Source: a virus. Taken from it: DNA of 64,000 bases. Shown piece after piece: positions 1-9,403 of the stretch. Positions within the stretch are counted from its first letter, which is position 1. Every line of letters begins with the position of its first letter. The notes beneath the pieces are model-generated. The model saw nothing but the letters and a program-made list of their open reading frames with translations. It was not told where the DNA came from and searched no databases. Where the stretch lies: the IMG/VR virus record IMGVR_UViG_3300037091_000060, positions 36,421 through 100,420 of that record; one strand, written 5' to 3'. The translations under genes and the position numbers were made by a program.

Positions 1-49
1 GCGCGGCGGGACTGGGTCACGTTGAGCCTAAGATTTTGGCACTCACGAA

Positions 50-778
50 ATGATTACCATTAAACTGATGGGAGGATTAGGAAATCAACTTTTCCAGCGG
101 GCCTTCGGGCTGGCGTTAGAGGGCCGAGGCTATCAAGTTCGTTACGACCCGTTCGCGTTGAAAGAGGGCACTCACCGCGAGTACTCGCTCGGCTACTTCG
201 GGGACTTACCAATCGGTCGTCAAGAGGGGCCGATTGTCAAGGAGGAGGGCGCGGTTTTTAACGCGGCCTATCTCAATCCGCCTGACACGTGCACGATGAT
301 CGGATACTGGCAGTCGGAGAAGTATTTTCTCCCAGTCGCGTACGAGGTTAACGAGGCATTCAGGTTTCGAGGGCCGCGTCCGCTACTGCCCGACTGTATA
401 GCGGTTCACGTGCGCCGGGGGGACTATGTCGATTTGCAACAGTTTCACGGCATGCCTGACATTAAGTATTATACAGAGGGCGTTGAGCACATCCGTCGCC
501 GCGTGGGGGAACCTCTTAAGGTTTTAGTGCTATCGGATGACCGCCAGTGGTGTAGGGAAAATCTCCCCTCTGATTTCACAGTCGTAGAGGGTGCGAACAA
601 GTACGAGGACATGAAGATCATAGCTGCGTGCGGGTTCGCGGTGATCGCCAACAGCAGCTTCAGTTGGTGGGGCGCGTGGCTGGGAAGACAGCGGATAATA
701 GTTGCACCGAAGCAGTGGTTCACAGAGCCGTCAATGGATTCTAAGGATATCGTACCGGAGCGATGGAGAACACTATGA
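50..778 (+). CDS. alpha-1,2-fucosyltransferase (GT11)
   Basis: GGLGNQLFQ, GYWQSEKYF, HVRRGDY and NSSFSWWGAWL are GT11 motifs. Confidence 0.92.
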   Translation: MITIKLMGGLGNQLFQRAFGLALEGRGYQVRYDPFALKEGTHREYSLGYFGDLPIGRQEGPIVKEEGAVFNAAYLNPPDTCTMIGYWQSEKYFLPVAYEVNEAFRFRGPRPLLPDCIAVHVRRGDYVDLQQFHGMPDIKYYTEGVEHIRRRVGEPLKVLVLSDDRQWCRENLPSDFTVVEGANKYEDMKIIAACGFAVIANSSFSWWGAWLGRQRIIVAPKQWFTEPSMDSKDIVPERWRTL

Positions 779-1188
779 GAGTATACTTAGGCGGCACCTT
801 CGACATCATTCATCCCGGCCACATCAAGCTGTTCCGATGGGCGAAATTTACCTTCGGTGAGGTGATAGTCGCGCTCAACACCGACGAGTTTATCCTGCGG
901 TATAAGGGCAAGGCCCCGGCGATGACCTTCGAGCAGCGTAAGGATGTTCTCTCGGAACTTCGCTCGGTGGACCGCGTTGTCACGAACACGGGCGACGAGG
1001 ACTCAAGGCCATCGATTATCGAAGCCCGCCCGCAAGTCATCGTGGTAGGCTCCGACTGGACGAGAGATCGCATTTTGAAGCAACTGAATATCACTGAGGG
1101 ATTCTTACTGCAATACAGCATCAACCTTGTGATCTACGGCAACTCTGACCCGATACACTCATCAGACATCAAGAAGAGAATGGCATGA
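775..1188 (+). CDS. cytidylyltransferase (TagD/RfaE-like, HxGH family)
   Basis: GTFDIIHPGH, VGSDW and SSDIK motifs; start placed at MRVYLG, overlapping the upstream stop. Confidence 0.85.
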   Translation: MRVYLGGTFDIIHPGHIKLFRWAKFTFGEVIVALNTDEFILRYKGKAPAMTFEQRKDVLSELRSVDRVVTNTGDEDSRPSIIEARPQVIVVGSDWTRDRILKQLNITEGFLLQYSINLVIYGNSDPIHSSDIKKRMA

Positions 1189-1823
1189 TAATCGAGGCGT
1201 TCATTCCGGATTGGGCAAGCCCCCGGGCGCACGCGGGGGCGTTGGCCGAGGCACTTGAGCCTTTTTGCAAGACGACTATCTTGAGTTCCTTCGACGTGCC
1301 TTTTTCAGTTCAGTGGGCGGAAGCGGTTTCTAAATTCACTGGCGACATATTTTTGTGGGCGATGGCGGACATCGAATTTCGGGACCCTGTTGAAGACATC
1401 TTTGTTTCAATGTACCGCGCCTACACACGTGGCGACATCGTGATGTACGCTCCCAATTTGGACTACACCGCGATGGTGTATGACACGAGCAAGTTACGGC
1501 AGGTCGATCTTGGGCTGTTCGAAGTCGCGGGAACGGATTTAATCTTTGTTAGCCTGCACCGGGACCTGTTGGAATTGCTGCCCCCGCTGGGCTGCAATAC
1601 CCATGCGTGGGCCTATGATTATCTGATGACGCACATCGCGCGCAGCAAACTCGGCAAGAAGGTCGTACGCGACTACAATTTCATGATCGCTCACCCGTAC
1701 GGGAAAGCGTATAGTGAACCAGAAGCTATAGCGCAGCAAAACGAGTGGATACACCATCTGTCTTTTGTACACCAGATGGGCATCCGAGAACAGCAAGCGA
1801 TTCAAGAGAGAACCCATGCTTAA
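1185..1823 (+). CDS. hypothetical protein, possibly GT-A-like
   Basis: Translationally coupled within the GT cluster; FLWAMADI resembles a DxD-like site and HAWAYD a GT2 tail motif. Confidence 0.45.
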   Translation: MIIEAFIPDWASPRAHAGALAEALEPFCKTTILSSFDVPFSVQWAEAVSKFTGDIFLWAMADIEFRDPVEDIFVSMYRAYTRGDIVMYAPNLDYTAMVYDTSKLRQVDLGLFEVAGTDLIFVSLHRDLLELLPPLGCNTHAWAYDYLMTHIARSKLGKKVVRDYNFMIAHPYGKAYSEPEAIAQQNEWIHHLSFVHQMGIREQQAIQERTHA

Positions 1824-2598
1824 GTTATTCACTTTCGTGAGTACGAACCCCGCGCTGCTCGAACTTCAGTACAACAGCTTTCTGCGACACATGAGGGAGC
1901 CGTTCGAGTTCGTCGTTATAAACAACGGCGCGCTCACGGACCACGACAAGTACATTGAGATTGCCAAAGAGTGCATGCGCCTCCACCTTCGGTTCATAAG
2001 TGTGATGTACGACCCTATCCTCGCAGACCGACTGCGCAATTTAGGCGGCCACCGAGTGCTCGTCGGTAATATGTATGCTAACATGACTGCGGCCTGCGGA
2101 TACGGGGTCGCGTGGGCGTGGGAGAACGTGATCTCGAAACAGCGCGGCACCGTCTGTCTGATGCACCACGACATGCTGATGGTGCGCGACGCCGTTCTGT
2201 CAGATCAGATGGAGGATGCTGACTTGGTCTTTGTCCCGCAATCCCGTGAGGGCGTGCCCGTGCACTTGTGGGAGGGGTTCGTTCTCGCCAACATCGACCG
2301 CATACCTGTGATGGATGCAGCGTGTTGGTGGTACGGTGAGATCGGTGATGTCAATGTGGACGTCGGAGGGATGTCACACTACTGGTTTCAAGCGCACCCG
2401 CACCTGCGTTGGAAGGGAATTCCTACAGTCTCAGTCGAGGATACGCCCGACGTGAGTTTTCACCCAGCGGTATTTGAGCATCTGTATCTCGATGGCGAAC
2501 CAACAATTCTACACTACCGCGCGGCATCCGACTGGATGAAGCTGGGGCCAGAGTACCACGAAAAGAAGATGCTGTGGCTAAGGGAGCAACTGCGATGA
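1816..2598 (+). CDS. putative glycosyltransferase (GT-A-like)
   Basis: FVVINNG, MHHDM (DxD-like), DVGG and LHYR motifs; start at MLKLF inferred. Confidence 0.55.
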   Translation: MLKLFTFVSTNPALLELQYNSFLRHMREPFEFVVINNGALTDHDKYIEIAKECMRLHLRFISVMYDPILADRLRNLGGHRVLVGNMYANMTAACGYGVAWAWENVISKQRGTVCLMHHDMLMVRDAVLSDQMEDADLVFVPQSREGVPVHLWEGFVLANIDRIPVMDAACWWYGEIGDVNVDVGGMSHYWFQAHPHLRWKGIPTVSVEDTPDVSFHPAVFEHLYLDGEPTILHYRAASDWMKLGPEYHEKKMLWLREQLR

Positions 2599-3455
2599 TC
2601 GCAGGAAAAGTAAACATAGTTATCCCGCTCTACAATCAAGAGCAGTACATCACTCAGTGTGTCAATTCAGCCCTCGCTCAAACGTATCCGAATTTTGACG
2701 TGACCGTTATTAATGATGGCTCAACCGACTATTCGAGACAGGTGTTACAGGAAGCGATTGACGCTTATTTGAACGTAGACAGCGTCAAGAGGGCTGAATT
2801 TTATAAGGTGGTGGAAGAGAAAGGTCTTGAGACCAAACGAACCAGCGATAACAAATATCCGGACCACGAAGAAAAGTGGGCCTTGTGGGCGAGCTACTTT
2901 CCGAACGGTGAGCGCGTCCCGCCTCTCGTAATCGACCAACCGAATAAAGGTCTTTCTGAGTCTCGAAATATAGGGATTAGAAGCGGGGACGGGGAGTTTA
3001 TTTTACCGCTTGACAGCGACGACTGGATTGATGTAGACTATCTAAGTAGGACCGTGCCCAAGATGGCGGACCCGAAGGTGGGCATCGTCTCCACCGATAT
3101 GCAGTACGAGGGGCTGTTGCGCAACCGCATCGCACCGCGCGGTCTAACGTTAGCGCATCAGATGAACTGCAATGACCTTCCAATCTGCTCGCTGATTAGA
3201 CGAGAGGCGTGGGAGCAAACCCCCGGGTACGAGACCATTTTCATCGAGGTAGCGGGCAGCACGAAGGTTCCCGGATACGAGGACTGGAATATGTGGATTG
3301 ACATTTTGAAGCGCGGCTGGACCGTGGCGGTCGTCAACGAGCCGCTGTTCCACTACCGCGTGAAACCAGTTTCGATGATAACGCAGGCGAAATCGAAGCA
3401 CAACGGACTGGTGCGCGTGATTCATCTTCTGCATCCGGATTTGTGGAGACAATAG
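2595..3455 (+). CDS. glycosyltransferase family 2
   Basis: VIPLYNQ, INDGSTD, NKGLSESRN, LDSDD and EDW motifs, with an insertion of about 50 aa. Confidence 0.92.
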   Translation: MIAGKVNIVIPLYNQEQYITQCVNSALAQTYPNFDVTVINDGSTDYSRQVLQEAIDAYLNVDSVKRAEFYKVVEEKGLETKRTSDNKYPDHEEKWALWASYFPNGERVPPLVIDQPNKGLSESRNIGIRSGDGEFILPLDSDDWIDVDYLSRTVPKMADPKVGIVSTDMQYEGLLRNRIAPRGLTLAHQMNCNDLPICSLIRREAWEQTPGYETIFIEVAGSTKVPGYEDWNMWIDILKRGWTVAVVNEPLFHYRVKPVSMITQAKSKHNGLVRVIHLLHPDLWRQ

Positions 3456-4102
3456 TGAGGATAACTTTTATCGGCGACGTGCACGGGAAGACCGACCAGT
3501 ACCAGAAGAAACTGCGCCAGAAGTTCGCGGGGAAGCGCACCTTTCAGATCGGAGACATGGGCATCGGCTTCAAGGGCGTCCCCGGCATTCACAAGGACAT
3601 CCAGACGAACGGCGACCATAAATGGATTCGCGGGAACCACGATGACCCGGCGAAGTGCCGACAGCAGTTCGGATACGCGGGCGAGTACGGCTACCTGCCG
3701 GAGGACAAATTATTCTTTATGGGTGGCGCGTTCTCCATCGACCGCGCGTGGCGCACCCCCGGCGTATCGTGGTGGGGCGACGAGGAACTCAGTTGGCCGG
3801 AACTCGCGAAGGCCGTCGACTTGTACATCGCGACGAAGCCGGAGATCGTGGCGACGCACGACTGCCCCAGCCGCATCTCAGAGTATATGCTGACCGTAGT
3901 GCTCCCCGGCTTCCGACCGGAGAAACTGGACTGCATGTCCAGCCGCACCGCAGCCGCGTTGCAGCAGATGTTGGACATTCACCGCCCGAAATTTTGGGCG
4001 TTTGGGCACTATCATTGCGACACGTCGTTTGAGTGGCAAGGAACGAAGTTTGTTTGTTTGGCTGAACTCTCAGAGTACACTCTGGACACCGATGAAGAAT
4101 AA
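3452..4102 (+). CDS. calcineurin-like metallophosphoesterase
   Basis: GDVHG, GDMG, GNHD, THDCP and GHYH motifs. Confidence 0.9.
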   Translation: MVRITFIGDVHGKTDQYQKKLRQKFAGKRTFQIGDMGIGFKGVPGIHKDIQTNGDHKWIRGNHDDPAKCRQQFGYAGEYGYLPEDKLFFMGGAFSIDRAWRTPGVSWWGDEELSWPELAKAVDLYIATKPEIVATHDCPSRISEYMLTVVLPGFRPEKLDCMSSRTAAALQQMLDIHRPKFWAFGHYHCDTSFEWQGTKFVCLAELSEYTLDTDEE

Positions 4103-4199
4103 AACTTACTTTGTTTACGCTTACTTTCTAGGTAAACGAGCCATTTATGTTGGGCACACCACCAATCTCAAAGAACGAACAACGAAGGCACCAAAGTGA
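4092..4199 (+). pseudogene. truncated GIY-YIG endonuclease remnant
   Basis: MKNKTYFVYAY...IYVGHTTNLKER followed by a stop after 35 aa; AT-rich. Confidence 0.6.
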
Positions 4200-4211
4200 T
4201 CGCATGAAAAA

Positions 4212-4862
4212 GTGGTGGACCGACCGGAGACGACAGTGAATTTTTATTTAATTTCGGATACGCATCTAAAACACGAGGCCATGAAGACATACTGTCTACG
4301 CCCGCCCAACTTCACAGAACTCATACATAAGAACGTGATGAACACAGTGAAGGCAGAAGATACGCTGATACATTTAGGCGACGTGGGCATAGGTAAACAC
4401 GCGGATTGGACGTGGATGGTGCGCGCATGGCCGGGTCGTAAAATACTGATACGTGGTAATCACGATAGGGCACACTCTTGTGGATGGTGGGCAGAAACAG
4501 GCGGCTTTGATTTCGCGTGCGACTCGATGGTCTTCCGCAACGTGCTACTCACCCACGAGCCAGCGAACGCGATCATAAAATCTGACGGCCATCGTCCGTA
4601 CGGCGCGCTGGAAGAGGGTCTGCCGCAAGACTGCGAACTGAACGTGCACGGGCACCTTCACAACATCTGGGACGGATTCGCCAGCGAAGGACGTTTGGAG
4701 CGCGACAAGGAACTGCTCGGAATAGACTTCACCAAACGACTAAAGCACTCGTGGCAGCGGCTGTTCGCCGTGGAGTACACGAACTACATGCCCGTCGAGT
4801 TCAACAAATTCATATCACAGCCTGACAAGTATCAGGCGAGGGGGCCACGTGGCCGACTTTAA
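4212..4862 (+). CDS. calcineurin-like metallophosphoesterase
   Basis: SDTH, HLGDV, GNHD, THEP and HGHLH motifs; true start may be the GTG at 4236. Confidence 0.9.
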   Translation: MVDRPETTVNFYLISDTHLKHEAMKTYCLRPPNFTELIHKNVMNTVKAEDTLIHLGDVGIGKHADWTWMVRAWPGRKILIRGNHDRAHSCGWWAETGGFDFACDSMVFRNVLLTHEPANAIIKSDGHRPYGALEEGLPQDCELNVHGHLHNIWDGFASEGRLERDKELLGIDFTKRLKHSWQRLFAVEYTNYMPVEFNKFISQPDKYQARGPRGRL

Positions 4863-5376
4863 TCAGGCACTACAGAAAACGCTGATTCACGAGGGCGGGT
4901 ATCAGAACCGTCCGCTGGACAAAGGCAACTGGTACAACGGAATCAACTACGGCACGAAGTACGGCATCACTGCCACCGACGTAGCGCATTACTTTCCTAC
5001 GCTCATTTCGGACTTGAACTGCGTTCGTAATCTGACGACGGCACAGGCCACGATAGTCTACAAGGGCGGGTACTGGAAAGACCTTTACTCCCAGATCAAC
5101 GCGCAACTGGTCGCGGAGAAGCTGTTCGACATGGGCGTGCTGATGGGCGTGGGGACTGCGGTGAAACAATTGCAGATCACTTTGAAGAACGCGATTGCGA
5201 TTGTGCCGGACGGCGTGTTCGGCCCCCAGACCTTGGCCGACGTTAACCAGCAGGACGGTGCTCAACTTCTAAATAGTTACCGCACCACGCTTCTCAATCA
5301 CGCGGTCAACATCGTCAACGCCAACCCGAACGACGCTGGATTTATACAAGGCTGGATTAACAGAATCAACAGTTGA
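4849..5376 (+). CDS. endolysin, glycoside hydrolase family 108
   Basis: HEGGY catalytic motif, GTKYGIT, PDGVFGPQTL and a GWINR C-terminus. Confidence 0.9.
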   Translation: MADFNQALQKTLIHEGGYQNRPLDKGNWYNGINYGTKYGITATDVAHYFPTLISDLNCVRNLTTAQATIVYKGGYWKDLYSQINAQLVAEKLFDMGVLMGVGTAVKQLQITLKNAIAIVPDGVFGPQTLADVNQQDGAQLLNSYRTTLLNHAVNIVNANPNDAGFIQGWINRINS

Positions 5377-5386
5377 AAGGGCTCCC

Positions 5387-5716
5387 ATGATAAAAAAGTG
5401 GGTGATGACAAGGTTCATAGAGTGGGCTCCGGGGGAAAAACATCCGGCGACCCCGGTTAAGGTGTTCAAGAACGTCCACGACTGCGATAAGATTCGCCGC
5501 GTTCTGCTGGCGCGGTGCAACATCTGCAACTATGTCGTATCTCGCGACCCGATAGCGGTGAAGGAACTGCTTTATAAGTGCGACAACAAACGGTGCTGTT
5601 TGATAAGTCCCGGGCTGCACCAAGTGTGTGACGTTTGTTACTGGATGTGGCGCGCGTTGTACGCGAATCTAGGATTGAAAGACCAGAGGTACTTCAAAGA
5701 GGGAGGAGAGTTATGA
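5387..5716 (+). CDS. Cys-rich hypothetical protein
   Basis: Several CxxC motifs; coupled to the next ORF. Confidence 0.55.
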   Translation: MIKKWVMTRFIEWAPGEKHPATPVKVFKNVHDCDKIRRVLLARCNICNYVVSRDPIAVKELLYKCDNKRCCLISPGLHQVCDVCYWMWRALYANLGLKDQRYFKEGGEL

Positions 5717-5943
5717 GACACAAAATCAGCACGGTAGTATTTTCACAAGGTTGGCTGGACGGCCAGATTGAGAGCATGATCGCGAATACCGCAGCCCATC
5801 AAAATGAGGACCCGACCGGGCACTTAATAGTGGCGCAGATTGCAGAACAATGGGCCATCATCACCGCTGCGCTGGACGACCTGATTAAAGAGAACGGCGA
5901 ATTGAAGCGCAAGCTGTCTGTGGTTGAGAGCGCGTTTTTATGA
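5713..5943 (+). CDS. hypothetical protein
   Basis: GGAG SD, then MRHKIST; ATGA overlaps on both sides. Confidence 0.55.
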   Translation: MRHKISTVVFSQGWLDGQIESMIANTAAHQNEDPTGHLIVAQIAEQWAIITAALDDLIKENGELKRKLSVVESAFL

Positions 5944-6122
5944 ACATCCGCGAGTGCAGACAGTGCCACCGGATGGTCGACTTCGACGAACCGTGGTGCG
6001 ACCACGAGACGATGGAAGAGAGCGCGTGGATAGACATTCGCGAACGAGCCGCCGCCTTCGGTAGAGACGCAGCCGTGATAGACGACATCGTAGAGCAAGC
6101 GGCGAAAGACCTAATCAAGTGA
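5940..6122 (+). CDS. small hypothetical protein (CxxC)
   Basis: Coupled start/stop overlaps. Confidence 0.55.
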   Translation: MNIRECRQCHRMVDFDEPWCDHETMEESAWIDIRERAAAFGRDAAVIDDIVEQAAKDLIK

Positions 6123-6646
6123 ACCTAAAGTGGAACGCGTCGCTCAGTCGTTTCGAAGCCGAGTTCTCGGACTTCCACGGGGACCTTGCTGCCGTGAAGG
6201 CGGCGGGTTTCAAAACGGATGGTCGCCCGGACTGGATTTGGTACACATACAAGGCCGAACCACTGAACGCGCTACGCGATAATCGTCCGGCCAGCGGACT
6301 GACCATCACAGCGGACGCGAAGGCGCAATTTGCCGTGCTGTACGCGGTCGAAGAACGCAACGCGAAGACGAAGGCCGAATTCGCGGAGCACACGAAGGCC
6401 TTAAAAAAGAAGATTAAAGAAGAGACCCACGAGGGGACGACCCCGGTAATCGTCCCCGCGAAGGGCTACATCGAAGCCAGCGACCTCCCCCCGTTCACCC
6501 CTATTTGTACGCAATTCAACCCCCCGAACAAGCCGTCCACTGTATGCATCATCTGCGGGGACCCCGTTTGGTTTTATGAGAGGCAGAACCCGCCAGTTTG
6601 TTTATGGTGCGAAATAAAAGTACTTGACAACAGCGATGGAATATGA
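6119..6646 (+). CDS. hypothetical protein with C-terminal Zn finger
   Basis: CIIC...CLWC; GTGA overlap. Confidence 0.6.
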   Translation: MNLKWNASLSRFEAEFSDFHGDLAAVKAAGFKTDGRPDWIWYTYKAEPLNALRDNRPASGLTITADAKAQFAVLYAVEERNAKTKAEFAEHTKALKKKIKEETHEGTTPVIVPAKGYIEASDLPPFTPICTQFNPPNKPSTVCIICGDPVWFYERQNPPVCLWCEIKVLDNSDGI

Positions 6647-6652
6647 GAGGAT
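6624..6652 (+). promoter_or_regulatory. sigma70-type promoter
   Basis: TTGACA-17 bp-GAGGAT with an extended TG. Confidence 0.6.
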
Positions 6653-6670
6653 GTATTTAGGAGGTTACAC

Positions 6671-6778
6671 ATGCGATTTGATGATGCAGACGAGTCCGCA
6701 CCGACATTTGTGGAACTGTTCATTTTGTACATACTCGGGATGGCCCCTCCTGAAGTCGAGGACACGCCGCCCCAATGA
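6671..6778 (+). CDS. 35-aa hypothetical protein (not in ORF track)
   Basis: GGAGG SD; MRFDDADESAPTFVELFILYILGMAPPEVEDTPPQ; its stop overlaps the next ATG. Confidence 0.5.
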   Translation: MRFDDADESAPTFVELFILYILGMAPPEVEDTPPQ

Positions 6779-6957
6779 GCCACAACTGCAAACTGACGGA
6801 CAAGGACGGGTTCTACACCTTCACCTGCTCCCGCTGTCGAGCCTGTTACGTTTGCAAGCACAAGGCGGTTTATTTCGACGAGGCAGGTAAGTGGATGTGG
6901 AAATGTCGTGACGGTAAATTTCGGGAAGTCATCTTAGACGGGAGAATCCAATCATGA
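6775..6957 (+). CDS. small Cys-rich protein
   Basis: CSRC, CYVC; coupled to both neighbours. Confidence 0.55.
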   Translation: MSHNCKLTDKDGFYTFTCSRCRACYVCKHKAVYFDEAGKWMWKCRDGKFREVILDGRIQS

Positions 6958-7361
6958 GCGACAAACAGAAGCACAAGAATCCCCGCACCAGACAACCGCA
7001 AAAGGCATCGGCCCCGCTCACCGCAGAAGAGCAGGCCAAGATTATCGCCGCCCGGGAGCAAGCGGAGAAGGAAGCGAACGAGGAAGCCGCGCGCCTTCAA
7101 CTCTACGGCAAGTCCGTCGAGAAGATGTCGCACCGTCAACTCCGTTCCGAACTCGTGAAGACAATCAAGCGTGAAAGCGCGGGCCGTCCCCCGGAGCCAA
7201 TTCCGGGATTGACCGTTGCCTTCGCATCCGTCCTGCTGCTGGTGTTGGACAATACGAAGACCAGCCCCGTGTTCGACACAGACAAGAACGGCAAGCCGAC
7301 CCGCGTGGCACGGCTGGACCAGATTAATAAACTCGGTAGGCTGCACCCGTACCCGCTGTAA
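6954..7361 (+). CDS. hypothetical protein
   Basis: GGAG SD and ATGA overlap. Confidence 0.6.
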   Translation: MSDKQKHKNPRTRQPQKASAPLTAEEQAKIIAAREQAEKEANEEAARLQLYGKSVEKMSHRQLRSELVKTIKRESAGRPPEPIPGLTVAFASVLLLVLDNTKTSPVFDTDKNGKPTRVARLDQINKLGRLHPYPL

Positions 7362-7447
7362 TGTGGGAGGCACTGTTTTGTCCCGTTCACGGTATCGTGC
7401 CCTTCGTGGTCCGATACCTTAGCGCGGCGGACCCGCAACTTTTGTGC

Positions 7448-7476
7448 TTGACAATCAAGTCGTATTATGAGAGGAT
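7448..7476 (+). promoter_or_regulatory. sigma70-type promoter
   Basis: TTGACA-17 bp-GAGGAT with an extended TG, same layout as 6624. Confidence 0.6.
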
Positions 7477-7482
7477 AACAAA

Positions 7483-7692
7483 ATGAACGGCATAAACGAA
7501 AAGAATCACCGCGATAAAAAGAACGAGACCAGCGCAGAGAACTTCCGCAAGGAAAAGAGAGCGCGCAACGACGCGCGCGGCAAACAGAAGTGGGTCCCAA
7601 GTTCGTTCACGGGAACCTTAGAAGAACTCGATAAGTTATCTGACGCAAAGGTACGGGCAATTGTCCCGGCGCACTGGGAGAGATCATGTTGA
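7483..7692 (+). CDS. small basic hypothetical protein
   Basis: ORF directly after the promoter, almost leaderless. Confidence 0.5.
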   Translation: MNGINEKNHRDKKNETSAENFRKEKRARNDARGKQKWVPSSFTGTLEELDKLSDAKVRAIVPAHWERSC

Positions 7693-7733
7693 TTCAACCC
7701 CCGGCCCACGTAGCGAAGGCAGCGAAAGAGTAA

Positions 7734-7922
7734 ATGACCAACCGTTACACGGTCGACGGCATCCTCGTGGAGGCCACCAAAAGTATCGGTGGTCTCTTCT
7801 ACGAGGTGACTGCTGTGAAGACGGGACAGACGATACGCGTTCTCGTCAAGGCATTTGAAAGTATAGCGAAACCAGTACCAGAGATCATGAGTTCGGCAGC
7901 AGACTCGGAGGCAGCGACATGA
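7734..7922 (+). CDS. hypothetical protein
   Basis: Coupled to the ORF at 7919. Confidence 0.5.
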   Translation: MTNRYTVDGILVEATKSIGGLFYEVTAVKTGQTIRVLVKAFESIAKPVPEIMSSAADSEAAT

Positions 7923-8290
7923 GCTACGTTGAATTTAATTCTTTACTCGGTAAAACCTTGAAGGCGGTCTATCAGACCGACAACGATGTTATAACTTTTG
8001 CGACAGAAGACGGCGAAGAGTATCAATTGTATTATGAACCAGACTGCTGCGCAAGTTGTGTCGTCGAGGACGTTGTTGGCGATTACAACGACCTAGTCGG
8101 CTCGCCCATCATTCGTGCAGAAGAAAACAGCAGCAACGAAAACCCAGAGGGCGTTCCTGTGTCAGACTATCAGGAAAGTTTCACTTGGACATTTTACCGG
8201 ATTGGCACCGCGAAGGGCACCGTCGTTATCCGCTGGTACGGTAGCTCTAACGGTTACTATTCCGAGTCTGTTAGTTTTAGGAAGGTATGA
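7919..8290 (+). CDS. conserved phage protein
   Basis: DCCASC...DLVGSPI...TWTFY...RWYGSSNGYYSE, a motif set I recognise from widespread phage hypotheticals. Confidence 0.75.
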   Translation: MSYVEFNSLLGKTLKAVYQTDNDVITFATEDGEEYQLYYEPDCCASCVVEDVVGDYNDLVGSPIIRAEENSSNENPEGVPVSDYQESFTWTFYRIGTAKGTVVIRWYGSSNGYYSESVSFRKV

Positions 8291-8580
8291 TCGTCGCATT
8301 CCAACCCGGGGGCAACATACGTGCCGCGCGCGTGGTGCTAAAGCCGGACGAGACGGTCCCGACGCGGTACAACACGCCGGAGGCTATCGTTTACCGAGAG
8401 GGCGAGAACGGCGGCCCTTGGATTTTAGTGAAGCCGCAGTACACGGTTCTACCAGCGGATTCCCCGCTACTGTCGCAGCCAGTGCTGCCGGACATCACTC
8501 TGCCCGTAGAGCCAGAGGGTAGCGCATTTGACCATACAGACATCATCAGAATGGACGACGACTATGACCCTCCGAAATAA
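8287..8580 (+). CDS. hypothetical protein
   Basis: ATGA-coupled. Confidence 0.55.
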   Translation: MIVAFQPGGNIRAARVVLKPDETVPTRYNTPEAIVYREGENGGPWILVKPQYTVLPADSPLLSQPVLPDITLPVEPEGSAFDHTDIIRMDDDYDPPK

Positions 8581-9004
8581 GATACTGTTATCTATTCTAG
8601 CCGGGGTCCTTTGGTTTGCCGGATGCGAGGGGCTGGACCACGTCCATCCCCGCGTCTCCAATAAGTCCGACGGCTGCATCACTGCCGTCTCTCAGGCACA
8701 ACTTCAAAAGTGGTACGCGGACGCGAACAAAGATTACTTCGACGACAAGCTGCCTCATGACACCGAGATTGTCTGGGAGAGTTTGCGATACAAGAAGGCG
8801 ATGGCCGACACCGTGTGCAACGAGCAAGGCTGCAAAATGCGTTTAGACCCGTACGTGAACATCGCCCCGGTCACGGCGCAGTTAAGTGAGTATCACGAAA
8901 TGTGCCACGTCGCGACTCAGGGTGCAGACTTCATGCACGGCCCCGAATTTCAGAAGTGCATCCGGATGCTCTTCGACAAGGGAGCGTTGGACGGATTAAT
9001 TTAG
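8564..9004 (+). CDS. SprT-like zinc metalloprotease with signal/lipoprotein-like N-terminus
   Basis: HEMCH...HGPEF motif; hydrophobic ILLSILAGVLWFAGC. Confidence 0.7.
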   Translation: MTLRNKILLSILAGVLWFAGCEGLDHVHPRVSNKSDGCITAVSQAQLQKWYADANKDYFDDKLPHDTEIVWESLRYKKAMADTVCNEQGCKMRLDPYVNIAPVTAQLSEYHEMCHVATQGADFMHGPEFQKCIRMLFDKGALDGLI

Positions 9005-9229
9005 GAGAACACGTGAACTCTTACAGGAGAAAATCATGGAACTTATTGAATTAAAAGCATTAATGGCCGCGTCAGTTTTGCCGCACATCCCGAGGAAATC
9101 TGTTGATATTCGACAGACTGAGGTAGAGCAAGCGGTAATTATAGCGCAATGGATTTGGGAAGAAGCCTTAAAGCAAGGATAGACGAAGGTAGTGTAAGAG
9201 AACAGACCGTTCTAACAACAGGAGGATTT

Positions 9230-9403
9230 ATGCGTGGAGAAAGAAAAGTACCGACAGAGTGGCCCTCGTGGCAACGGATGGAGAGAAACGAAACATGGCT
9301 CGCTGAGACGCATAAACTTCAGCAAGCGAAAGAGAACGCGGTCGCAAAGAAAAAGCATCTGAGCGACATCGAATTTTTGAACCAGAACGAGAGGGGAAAA
9401 TAG
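9230..9403 (+). CDS. hypothetical protein
   Basis: GGAGG SD before MRGERK. Confidence 0.5.
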   Translation: MRGERKVPTEWPSWQRMERNETWLAETHKLQQAKENAVAKKKHLSDIEFLNQNERGK

